This document shows, piece after piece, positions 18,970 through 27,179 of a stretch of 32,000 bases of DNA. Below the pieces are notes generated by a model. It searched no databases. It was not told where the DNA came from and was given only the letters and a program-made list of their open reading frames with translations. The DNA is from Aciduliprofundum boonei T469 (GTDB lineage: Archaea > Thermoplasmatota > Thermoplasmata > Thermoplasmatales > Aciduliprofundaceae): contig NC_013926.1 of NCBI RefSeq assembly GCF_000025665.1, positions 1,290,001 to 1,322,000 on the forward strand. Reading direction: 5' to 3'. The position numbers and the translations under genes were made by a program. The first letter of the stretch is position 1. Each line of letters opens with the position of its first letter.

Positions 18970-20081
18970 GGGTGTTAGGCATACTTGGAGAATTGGTTGG
19001 ATTCCTTGCCCTAAGTTGGAAAGAAGTAGTGATGATTATAATTGGCGGAATATTCATAGTGCTTGGAATAAAATACAAAATGGAACCTTTGCTACTTATA
19101 CCCATCGGATTTAGCGCCATAATCGTTAATCTTCCATTGAGTGGGATTACAGAAGCCCCTCATGGATTTCTTTATTTAGTTTATAAATATTTAATAAGCA
19201 CTGAGGCAATTCCCCTTCTTATATTTCTCGGAATTGGTGCAATGACAGATTTTGAGCCTCTGCTTGCAGATCCCAAAACTTTCCTGCTTGGAGCTGCAGC
19301 TCAGATTGGCATATACTTTGCCATGCTTGCGGCCCTTATAATGGGATTCAACATAAATCAGGCTGCAGCTATTGGAATCATAGGAGGGGCTGATGGGCCT
19401 ACAACAATTTATACAGCCACAAAGCTCGCCCCTAGCATACTGGGTGCAGTAGCAGTGGCTGCCTATTCCTATATGTCTCTTGTGCCAATAATCCAACCTC
19501 CCGTAATTAAAGCACTTACAACTAAAAAAGAAAGAAATGTAATTATGGAACCTTTACGCAAAGTTTCCAAAAAAGAGAAGATTCTGTTTCCCATAGTGAC
19601 CACCATTGTTGTAGGACTTCTCGTACCTACTGCCCTTCCCCTAGTAGGAATGTTAATGTTTGGGAATCTTTTGAGAGAGTGCGGAGTTACAGAGAGATTA
19701 TCTAAAACTGTGCAGAATGAGTTAATAAACATAGCCACTATATTTTTAGGTTTGGGTGTTGGATATATGATGACTGCGGAGAGATTTTTAAACCTCCAAA
19801 CTGTAGAAATCCTCTTGCTAGGAGTGTTTGCTTTTGCCACAGCCACTGCAGGAGGCGTATTACTTGGAAAACTTTTCTATGTATTATCTCATGGAAAAAT
19901 AAACCCAATGATTGGCGCAGCGGGTGTAAGTGCAGTACCAATGAGTGCCAGAGTTGTTCAAAAAATGGGAGTTAAAGAAAATCCCCGCAATTTCCTACTG
20001 ATGCATGCCATGGGCCCAAATGTTGCAGGTGTTATAGGTTCAGCAATAGCTGCGGGAGTTTTTATTGCTTATTTACTTTAA
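18966..20081 (+). CDS. mmdB: Na+-translocating decarboxylase beta subunit (OadB/MmdB family)
   Basis: 371 aa and polytopic, with an ATGA overlap with the BCCP gene. Family motifs: GIIGGADGPTTIY, IGAAGVSAVPMSARV, LMHAMGPNVAGVIGSA. Confidence 0.92.
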   Translation: MRVLGILGELVGFLALSWKEVVMIIIGGIFIVLGIKYKMEPLLLIPIGFSAIIVNLPLSGITEAPHGFLYLVYKYLISTEAIPLLIFLGIGAMTDFEPLLADPKTFLLGAAAQIGIYFAMLAALIMGFNINQAAAIGIIGGADGPTTIYTATKLAPSILGAVAVAAYSYMSLVPIIQPPVIKALTTKKERNVIMEPLRKVSKKEKILFPIVTTIVVGLLVPTALPLVGMLMFGNLLRECGVTERLSKTVQNELINIATIFLGLGVGYMMTAERFLNLQTVEILLLGVFAFATATAGGVLLGKLFYVLSHGKINPMIGAAGVSAVPMSARVVQKMGVKENPRNFLLMHAMGPNVAGVIGSAIAAGVFIAYLL

Positions 20082-20782
20082 ATAACATTTAATTTTTCCA
20101 GGTATTTTTTATTTTTTAATATAGATGGGTCACCATCATACTCGATCTTACCCTCATACATTCCTATTATTCTGGTAGCATAAACTATATCCCTTAGCAA
20201 ATGAGTTGCTATTACTATTGTTTTTTCCTCATCAATTAATTTTTTAAGCAATAATTTAAACTCTCTCCTACCCTTACCATCCATATTGGCAGTTGGTTCA
20301 TCAAATAACATAAATTCCGGATCATATGATAAAACAGTTGCTATAGCCACCCTTTTTTTCTCTCCTTCGCTCAGTTCATATGGGTGTCTCTGCTTTAAAT
20401 GAGATATTTTCATAATTCTCATAGCTTTTTCAGTATATTTTTTATAATCCTCTCCTGTAAGATGCCTAGGTGCAAAGGAGACATCGTCATACACTGTGGG
20501 TGAGAATAACTGTATATCTGGATCCTGAAATACTATTCCTATCTTTCTACGCAGACATACATCTTTAGTAACTTTCTCAGTTATAACTTTTCCAAATATC
20601 TTGGCAATACCTCTAGTAGGCACAAATAGAGCAGCCAATATCAATAGAAGAGTACTCTTTCCTGCACCATTTTCACCTACAAGGTATATAACCTCCCCTC
20701 TTTTTATATTTAAATTAATATCCACTATGGCCGGATCATTCCGATAGGAATAACTTACATGCTCCAACTGGGCAATATCCAT
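20078..20782 (-). CDS. cbiO: ECF transporter ATPase component (CbiO/NikO)
   Basis: 234 aa. Walker A GENGAGKST, ABC signature LSEGEKKRVAIA, Walker B LFDEPTANMD. It overlaps the Q gene by 28 nt. Confidence 0.92.
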   Translation of the reverse strand: MDIAQLEHVSYSYRNDPAIVDINLNIKRGEVIYLVGENGAGKSTLLLILAALFVPTRGIAKIFGKVITEKVTKDVCLRRKIGIVFQDPDIQLFSPTVYDDVSFAPRHLTGEDYKKYTEKAMRIMKISHLKQRHPYELSEGEKKRVAIATVLSYDPEFMLFDEPTANMDGKGRREFKLLLKKLIDEEKTIVIATHLLRDIVYATRIIGMYEGKIEYDGDPSILKNKKYLEKLNVI

Positions 20783-21561
20783 ATTAAATCACCATCTATC
20801 CAGAGGAGCATAAAAGCAAGGAATATAAATACTGCCACATATCCCCAGTTAATACCTCTTACCCCTACCGATCTCAATACTTCATCTTTTTTCAGATTAA
20901 ACCCACGCGCATTCATTGCAATGTAAATCTTCTCCTGCATTTCATAGGATTTTATAAATAGATTTCCCACAAGAGGAGCGTACATTTTCCAAGATTGAAG
21001 AATCTTCTCCTTTCCTATCATCCGACTCTTTAGTGAGAGAAGCGTTGCTTCTGTTATCCTAGCCAAGAAAAATATATATCTAAATGTTAGGAACAAAATC
21101 AATATAAATAGTTCAGGAATTTTTAGCAACCTTAAAGACTCTAGTATATCCTCCCAAGGTGTGGTCTTAGTTAAAAGTGCAACGCAAGTAACGGCAATTA
21201 AAGTTCTCAATGTCAAATGTATAGCAGCTAATACACCTTCATAGGTTATTACTATAAAACCAAAATGTGCAATAGGAGTACCCGGAGTAATGAAAATTGC
21301 TGGAATGGCAATAATCCCTGTGAAAAGAGGTACAAAAATCCATGTTTTAAAAACACTTCTTTCGAATATGAGCGCTTCAAAAATAAGAAGAAGAAGAAGC
21401 AGGGAAAGAGATACCACTGATTTCAAAATAATCATTAAAATAAGAAGTATAATCACAGAGACTATCTTTGATTCTGCAGAGATATTATGCAATTTAGAAT
21501 CTCTAATGTTAATCTCTTCCAAGGATTTTATGCTTTTAAGAGTGGCGTTTACGAAATTCAT
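20755..21561 (-). CDS. cbiQ: ECF transporter transmembrane T component (CbiQ/NikQ)
   Basis: 268 aa and polytopic. It contains the C-terminal ARGF-type motif (MNARGF) typical of CbiQ/EcfT. Confidence 0.85.
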   Translation of the reverse strand: MNFVNATLKSIKSLEEINIRDSKLHNISAESKIVSVIILLILMIILKSVVSLSLLLLLLIFEALIFERSVFKTWIFVPLFTGIIAIPAIFITPGTPIAHFGFIVITYEGVLAAIHLTLRTLIAVTCVALLTKTTPWEDILESLRLLKIPELFILILFLTFRYIFFLARITEATLLSLKSRMIGKEKILQSWKMYAPLVGNLFIKSYEMQEKIYIAMNARGFNLKKDEVLRSVGVRGINWGYVAVFIFLAFMLLWIDGDLIWILPSWSM

Positions 21562-21865
21562 TCGATAGTTCCCCCAGCTTTATTATCCCCAAGGTAACTA
21601 TTATTACCATGAATACTCCAACGAACGCTGAAATTATGTAGCCAAAAGAAGCCATGAGTTTAGAGTCCCATCCAGGAACATCATAATCATCTAAAGGTGC
21701 ACCACCACTGTAATGTTGAGGGACCCATGTTTCATTTCCAATTTTTACCTGATCCCATTCACCCCAAGCACTTTTATTCCAAGTAAGGAGTATCCCTAAG
21801 GGGGAGAGCAAGCAGAATATTAACAAGATTACCAAAACTTTTTTAATCCATGCTTCCAACATCAC
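21536..21865 (-). CDS. PDGLE-domain / CbiN-like small membrane component (NikN-like)
   Basis: 109 aa. N-terminal TM, an extracytoplasmic segment (SPLGILL..AWGEW...PLDDYDVPG) and a C-terminal TM. It overlaps both neighbours (23 and 26 nt). Confidence 0.7.
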   Translation of the reverse strand: MMLEAWIKKVLVILLIFCLLSPLGILLTWNKSAWGEWDQVKIGNETWVPQHYSGGAPLDDYDVPGWDSKLMASFGYIISAFVGVFMVIIVTLGIIKLGELSNEFRKRHS

Positions 21866-22541
21866 ACCCCCTTAATAAAAGCTTTGGAAGTTCCAAAAGA
21901 TTTGACTTCTTAGATTTAAGATAATACAACACGGATCCAGTAACTACCGCTTCAACAGGTCCAGCAGTTGTCAGATGTGCAAAGAGCATCGCAGGTATTG
22001 ATAAAGTGTATGGAAAAGGACAGTACCCAGGAGCTATAAACGGTTGAATACCGAGTTCTAACCCTGCCATAAAAGCAGCCGCATTTATACCTATATATCC
22101 TCCAACAGCTCCGGCAATCCCTACTGACCAAGGATTTTTATCCTTAATCACTTTCATCAATAGCCGATATACATAATATCCCACAAAGGGCATCACCACA
22201 CCCATATTAAAACAGTTGGCAGCATAACTTGTTAATCCACCATCACCAAAGAAAAACGCCTGAATAAGTAATGCTACACTTATTGCTATCACTGATGCCC
22301 ATGGCCCTAATAATATTGCTATAAGCACCGCTCCTACCATATGAGCAGTTGTTCCATCTGGCACGGGCCAGTTAAACATCATAACTATGAAAGCAAATGC
22401 TGAGAGCATAGCAAGCATTGGCACGCTTTTTTCATTCATTTTTTTACGAGCTATTTTAAATGCCGTGTACCAAATTGGTATCATCACTATATAAAAGAAT
22501 AGACATGTAGCAGGTCCTAAATATCCATCTGGTATATGCAT
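21843..22541 (-). CDS. cbiM: ECF transporter substrate-capture component CbiM/NikM
   Basis: 232 aa beginning MHIPDGYL, the conserved metal-ligating N-terminus of CbiM/NikM. It is polytopic. Confidence 0.9.
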   Translation of the reverse strand: MHIPDGYLGPATCLFFYIVMIPIWYTAFKIARKKMNEKSVPMLAMLSAFAFIVMMFNWPVPDGTTAHMVGAVLIAILLGPWASVIAISVALLIQAFFFGDGGLTSYAANCFNMGVVMPFVGYYVYRLLMKVIKDKNPWSVGIAGAVGGYIGINAAAFMAGLELGIQPFIAPGYCPFPYTLSIPAMLFAHLTTAGPVEAVVTGSVLYYLKSKKSNLLELPKLLLRGCDVGSMD

Positions 22542-22542
22542 A

Positions 22543-22570
22543 GTATCACCTTTTATCTTCTATGTAACAC
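22543..22570 (-). promoter_or_regulatory. Candidate NikR operator: GTGTTAC-N14-GTGATAC (read on the minus strand), ending 1 nt before the M-gene ATG
   Basis: The plus strand reads GTATCAC (22543..22549), a 14-nt spacer, then GTAACAC (22564..22570). It lies about 18 nt downstream of a TTAAATAT TATA-like box (plus 22584..22591) and therefore overlaps the expected TSS. Confidence 0.6.
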
Positions 22571-22625
22571 GAATGGCATACAAATATTTAATTTTTACTA
22601 CCAAATGTCAAAAATTTTAAAACAT

Positions 22626-23048
22626 CTATGGTTCAACTATAGTAAGTTGAAACTTAAGATTCTTAACGCCCTTCAAACTTCCCAGTTTGTCGGCAATTTC
22701 CCTAACTACTTTTGATTTTCCATGGAGTATTACTACTTCTAAACAATTTCGTTCATCAACATGCACATGTACTGCTGCTCTTATTTCGTTTACATAACTA
22801 TGCTGAATATGGGTAATCTTCTCTGTTATACCTTTTACCTCATGGTCATATATCATAGTTATCGTTCCAAACACATCCACATTTTCATCACTCGTAATCG
22901 TGTTTTCAATAAGCGCATCTCTTATGAGATCTCTTATAGCTTCTGACCTGCTAATATATCCTCTTCTCATAATATAATCATCGAACTTTTTTAAAAGTGA
23001 ATCATCTATAGACACTCCAAACCTTTGAATCATAGAACTATATCTCAT
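22626..23048 (-). CDS. nikR: Nickel-responsive ribbon-helix-helix regulator NikR
   Basis: 140 aa. N-terminal RHH (RFGVSIDDSLLKKFDDYI..GYISRSEAIRDLIR). The C-terminal ACT-like domain carries a high-affinity Ni ligand pattern, H-x-H-x5-C (HVHVDERNC), plus an upstream HIQH. An alternative start is at 23033. Confidence 0.9.
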   Translation of the reverse strand: MRYSSMIQRFGVSIDDSLLKKFDDYIMRRGYISRSEAIRDLIRDALIENTITSDENVDVFGTITMIYDHEVKGITEKITHIQHSYVNEIRAAVHVHVDERNCLEVVILHGKSKVVREIADKLGSLKGVKNLKFQLTIVEP

Positions 23049-23111
23049 TCAAATATTTTTAATTTTCAGATAAATCCGTAAAATATTAACAATTAAATGC
23101 AATTTATCTTT

Positions 23112-23735
23112 ATGAAACTTCTAGCCATAGCGGATATTCACGGCGCTTGGAATGTTTTGTATCTTATAGAGGAGTTTGACGGACTTTATAATTTTGATGC
23201 TGTGCTTATTGCTGGAGACATAACCAATTTTGGTCCTGCGGAATTTGCATTAGATTTTCTAAACGAAATAAATAAGCCCACCTTTGCAATCCCTGGCAAT
23301 TGTGATCCTCCAGATGTTTTAGACGCCATAGAGAAGAGTAAAGCTGTTAATCTACATAAGAAAGAATTTGAATTTGGAGGATTGCATTTCATAGGGTTAG
23401 GAGGTACAAACGGCATAGGATTTACCATGGGCATAACATTCCAGGAAGATTATGCTTATAAGTTTCTATCAAGATGCAAAGAATGTGTATTTCTCCTCCA
23501 CCAACCCCCTTACGGAATCTTAGATGATGTTGGCTCTCACCATATAGGGAGCGAAGGAATAAGAAAAGCCGTGTTTGAGGCAAAACCGAAAATTGTAATT
23601 TCAGGGCATGTCCACGAGGCAAGAGGATATTTTAAAACAGAAGATACTTTATTTGTTAACCCCGGTCCTGCAAAATCTGGATACGCGGCCATCGTAGATA
23701 CTGAGAATTTTAGTGTAAGGCTGTTAGAAAAATAA
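23112..23735 (+). CDS. Calcineurin-like metallophosphoesterase (MJ0936/YfcE-like)
   Basis: The track start is 23097. The ATG at 23112 gives MKLLAIADIHG (motif I, DxH). Further motifs: AGDITNFG (GDxxD-like), GNCD, GGTNG, SGHVHE. Confidence 0.85.
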   Translation: MKLLAIADIHGAWNVLYLIEEFDGLYNFDAVLIAGDITNFGPAEFALDFLNEINKPTFAIPGNCDPPDVLDAIEKSKAVNLHKKEFEFGGLHFIGLGGTNGIGFTMGITFQEDYAYKFLSRCKECVFLLHQPPYGILDDVGSHHIGSEGIRKAVFEAKPKIVISGHVHEARGYFKTEDTLFVNPGPAKSGYAAIVDTENFSVRLLEK

Positions 23736-23785
23736 GCAAAAATTTCTTATTTAATGAATATAATATCCTCCAAGGAGGTATCAAT

Positions 23786-24436
23786 ATGGCTGAGAATGAA
23801 GATCTCGGTAGTCTCAACCTGTGGGAGCAGGTACAGAACTACCTTGCTAAGATTCAAAAAAGAGAAAAAGAAGTTAATGAGAGAGCCAGAAAACTTGATG
23901 AGAGAGAAAAAGCTCTGGATGAGAGAGAGGCAAAAATTCAAGAGGCTGAAAAGAGAATTGCAGATAAAGAGAAGCTCTTGGATAAGAAAAGTTCTGAGTT
24001 AGAGGGCTATGCAAAAAAATTAGAAGAAGAGAAGAAAAAATATGAGGAAAAGTATAAAGAGCTTGAAAAGAAGCTTGAAGCTATAAACACTGCGGAGACT
24101 GTGCTTAAGAATTATGAGAACACTTTAAAGACAACAAATGAAGAAATTAAGAAAAAACTCAATGAAATTGCAACCCTCTATGGAGGATTGGCAGATCTTA
24201 GGGAAAAGATGCTTAATGTGATACAAACATTGAGTAGCGGGGAGATACCCGTTAAAGAAGAGAAAACTCCTGTGAAAGAAAAGAAAGAAGAAAAAGAGGA
24301 GAAAAAACAAGAGTTCGAAGTAGTAGTTGTGGATGGAGAAGAGTTTATAAAATGTCCACAGTGTGGAACTCTCAACTCAAAGGATGCAATAATGTGCTAC
24401 AATTGCGGCTATGTCTTCAAACCTGAAGAACTCTGA
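23786..24436 (+). CDS. Coiled-coil protein with a C-terminal zinc ribbon, unknown function
   Basis: 216 aa with a GGAGGT SD. About 150 aa of K/E heptad-like helix is followed by a K/E/P linker and then CPQCG-x12-CYNCG. The 3' end overlaps the convergent PPS gene by 28 nt. Confidence 0.7.
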   Translation: MAENEDLGSLNLWEQVQNYLAKIQKREKEVNERARKLDEREKALDEREAKIQEAEKRIADKEKLLDKKSSELEGYAKKLEEEKKKYEEKYKELEKKLEAINTAETVLKNYENTLKTTNEEIKKKLNEIATLYGGLADLREKMLNVIQTLSSGEIPVKEEKTPVKEKKEEKEEKKQEFEVVVVDGEEFIKCPQCGTLNSKDAIMCYNCGYVFKPEEL

Positions 24437-25173
24437 AGTTGCCTTGATAAATTTTCCAACCTTCTATTTATATGCTCTAAGCTCTTGGCAAGTATTGCAT
24501 GATTATCGTACCACTTTAGTATATTTCTAGCCTCATCTATATTCATATTTTGAGCCATCTTTATCATATTCTTAACCGCTCTTGTTAACTCATCCACTAT
24601 GGTTATATGTGCAGTTTGTGCTGTGCGTGATAGTGGATTTAAATCTATAGTTATTACAAACTTCCCCATATCTCTCAAAGCTTTTGTTCTGTCCCCATCC
24701 TCCAATGGTACAAGCACAACATCTGCAGAATATATTCCTTCTTTTGTGCAAAGTGCTCTAGAATGCTCGAGATTTGGTATTATTGCGTCTGGATTCGCCC
24801 CCAATATATCCTTCCCTAAGGTTTTGAATTCTTCAACTATTTTTCTTATCCTATCTTCGCTTCTATAAAATAGATTAACTTCTATCTTTGCCCCAACAGA
24901 ATCTGCCAGTTCTATAACCTCCTTGGCAGCCAAGGCGGTCACATTACCATTAACTGAGATAACTGCATTTTTGGCCAATAGCATCTTGGCCACCGCTGCC
25001 TCTTCTGCCTCTAAAGCAAAATCTTCACTTCTCTCACCAATTAAATAATCAAAGGTCTCTCCTCTGCCATGCGCGATTAAACCTGCATAGGCAACTATAC
25101 CTTTTTTAAAACCCTCAATTATCTTTTCTCTCTTCATAAGCGATTCGTACCTTGGATGACTCTTTGGAATCAT
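24409..25173 (-). CDS. Archaeal phosphopantothenate synthetase (4-phosphopantoate--beta-alanine ligase, COG1701/DUF137)
   Basis: 254 aa. The N-terminus IPKSHPRYESL..RE.I..G...GIVAYAGLIAHGRGETFDYLIGE matches my memory of the archaeal PPS family. Confidence 0.75.
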   Translation of the reverse strand: MIPKSHPRYESLMKREKIIEGFKKGIVAYAGLIAHGRGETFDYLIGERSEDFALEAEEAAVAKMLLAKNAVISVNGNVTALAAKEVIELADSVGAKIEVNLFYRSEDRIRKIVEEFKTLGKDILGANPDAIIPNLEHSRALCTKEGIYSADVVLVPLEDGDRTKALRDMGKFVITIDLNPLSRTAQTAHITIVDELTRAVKNMIKMAQNMNIDEARNILKWYDNHAILAKSLEHINRRLENLSRQLQSSSGLKT

Positions 25174-25187
25174 AGATGTTTAATGCA

Positions 25188-26453
25188 CTATTGAGATAAA
25201 CTTTTTCCTATGAGTATATCCACTTCTTTTAAGAACTCTTCCTCAGTTCCCTTGGGTATGGTAGCACCTGCAGCTATATCGTGGCCCCCACCATTGCCTC
25301 CAAATTTGGAAGCTGCCTCTCTCATTATATCTCCCAGATGCACTTTTGGCACTAAGTATTTTGAGCCCCTTGCAGATATATGCACCATGTCATCAACAAA
25401 TATGCCAAGGGTAGCTTTTCTTGGATTTAAGAGGTATAGAGAGCCAACAGTGGCTAAGGAGCTGCTTAAATAGGAATCATCAGCAAAGAAGTACTGCAAA
25501 TGTTCCATCTCAAACAAGTTCTCCATCATCTTATACAAGCCATCTATAACCCTTCCCTTATATTCCCTTCTCAAAATTTCCATTCTCTCTTTGGCACTCT
25601 CATCGCCCAGAATATAAGCTAGGGCTACACTTTGATTATCTGTGCGTGCAGAAGAGTCAATAAGCTCAGTTAGATACCTTATACTTGTACCTAAATCTAC
25701 ATCAAAATCAAACACAAATCTCCCCGCTTCTGGAATCCTGCTGTTTTTTATCAAATTTAAAGATAGCATTGAAATTAGTTTCGTTTTTTCCTCATCACTT
25801 AGTTTTTCAATATCTTTTGTTGGAGATATGCTCAAGTCCTTTAACATTCTCTCAATATCATCCTGTTTTCCTGAGAGCCCGGGGAAGAATGGCTCTGTGG
25901 AGTAAAGAATTGCATTTACAACATTTCCATGGAGCACAAACTCTTTCTTTAATTTTAGAGAGAGTTCATCAAAAAGCTCTTTATTCAACCCTGTTAATCC
26001 ACCAATATGCTGTTTATCTCCAAAAACCCCTGCAAGGAAAAATGGAATCATTTCTTTCTCCCTTGTTAGCATATAAGCCAATGTGCTTCCGCAAGCATCA
26101 TGCGCACCGTTGTATCCATCTAAGTGTGGATTAATATGCAGAATTTTATCATTATCTCCCGGAGGTTTATGATGATCTAGCACGATAATATTCCCTTCCA
26201 GAGAATCTATCAATGAGGAGCCCATATCACTCATTATGACATAATCTTCCTCATTCACAATGTCTGAAATTTCCTCTTTATCAACATTTCTAAAAAATGA
26301 GATATGGAATCTTTTTCCATTTTTCAGTAAATAGTGAGCAATTATGCCTCCTGCACATATGCCATCTACATCGTAATGAGTTAAAATCCTGAAATCATCA
26401 CCCTTATCGATGAGCTCTCTTGCTTTTTTTAATCTTTCCTCAACTATCATCAC
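25188..26453 (-). CDS. recJ: DHH/DHHA1 phosphoesterase, archaeal RecJ/GAN-like
   Basis: 421 aa. DHH motifs: [27 protein letters not shown]1 motif: GGGHDIAAG. The start is either the GTG at 26453 (4-nt overlap with the S15 stop) or the ATG at 26450 (TGATG, 1-nt overlap). Confidence 0.85.
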   Translation of the reverse strand: MMIVEERLKKARELIDKGDDFRILTHYDVDGICAGGIIAHYLLKNGKRFHISFFRNVDKEEISDIVNEEDYVIMSDMGSSLIDSLEGNIIVLDHHKPPGDNDKILHINPHLDGYNGAHDACGSTLAYMLTREKEMIPFFLAGVFGDKQHIGGLTGLNKELFDELSLKLKKEFVLHGNVVNAILYSTEPFFPGLSGKQDDIERMLKDLSISPTKDIEKLSDEEKTKLISMLSLNLIKNSRIPEAGRFVFDFDVDLGTSIRYLTELIDSSARTDNQSVALAYILGDESAKERMEILRREYKGRVIDGLYKMMENLFEMEHLQYFFADDSYLSSSLATVGSLYLLNPRKATLGIFVDDMVHISARGSKYLVPKVHLGDIMREAASKFGGNGGGHDIAAGATIPKGTEEEFLKEVDILIGKSLSQ

Positions 26454-26905
26454 TTCACCAGAAGTTCAGCCTCTTTAAGGCTGTATTTCCAGTCAGAAGG
26501 TAATTTTCCTACTTTCTTGTAGTACTTTACAAGCCTGCGAATCTTCGCTTCTACAAGCTGCAAGCCCCTTCTGTTTCCTAAATCTTTTGGGTGGTTTGCA
26601 AGATGAGAGTTTATCTTAACGGCCTTTCTCATAAGAGCCATCAAATCATCGGGTATGCTTGGTGCCATACCACTCTCCTCAAGAATCTTACCAATACTCT
26701 TTCCAGTCATTAATTTAACATCTGGTACACCATACTCGTCCCTCAAAATAGTGCCAATCATCGCCTGAGAATAACCCTCTCTACTGAGGGATTTGACTTT
26801 TTCTATAATCTCATCTTTTTCCATCTCAACCCATTCAGGTTTTTCGGTCCTGAAAGGCCTTCGTGATCCGGATTTTCCCTTTCTTCTAGCGTGAATCCTG
26901 CCCAT
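26450..26905 (-). CDS. rps15: 30S ribosomal protein S15 (uS15, archaeal S15P/S13e type)
   Basis: The track ORF starts with a GTG at 26914. The ATG at 26905 ([17 protein letters not shown]) is preceded by an AGGTGA SD and matches the usual N-terminus. The C-terminal part, [29 protein letters not shown], is S15-like. Confidence 0.93.
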   Translation of the reverse strand: MGRIHARRKGKSGSRRPFRTEKPEWVEMEKDEIIEKVKSLSREGYSQAMIGTILRDEYGVPDVKLMTGKSIGKILEESGMAPSIPDDLMALMRKAVKINSHLANHPKDLGNRRGLQLVEAKIRRLVKYYKKVGKLPSDWKYSLKEAELLVK

Positions 26906-26941
26906 AAATTTCACCTTTGAGTGGCTAATAATATCAAATAC

Positions 26942-27179
26942 TTAAAGATTTTCTTCTCTTGGAAATACAACACCATCCATCTCAACGCATTCTCCTTTGG
27001 CATATAGCAAAGCAGTGTATGCAGAAATTATCGCATCCACTTCGTGCTCATTTCTCACATCTTCTACACTCCACCTATTTTTGAAATAAGAAAGCATATT
27101 CTTTTTGTCCTTATCATAGAATCCAAGAATTTTAGCAGTTGCAGTGGGGAATACTTCTATAACTTTATATTTCTTTTCC
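26942..27179 (-). pseudogene. 3' fragment (78 codons) of an IS-disrupted RNase-H-fold nuclease gene (DUF429/COG2410-like)
   Basis: My manual translation of the minus strand gives EKKYKVIEVFPTATAKILGFYDKDKKNMLSYFKNRWSVEDVRNEHEVDAIISAYTALLYAKGECVEMDGVVFPREENL*. It has no start codon of its own. It is in frame with the 5' fragment once the IS and one target-duplication copy are removed. Confidence 0.8.
27172..27179. repeat. Target-site duplication, left copy (TCTTTTCC)
   Basis: An identical 8-mer abuts the other IS end at 28135..28142. Confidence 0.85.

Noticed and set aside
23771-23782. CCTCC-AA-GGAGG anti-SD/SD pairing upstream of the coiled-coil zinc-ribbon gene as a translational riboswitch or thermometer.
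   Set aside because: A 5-bp stem with a 2-nt loop is sterically implausible as a stable hairpin, and it does not extend. It is mentioned only as context in the finding for that gene.
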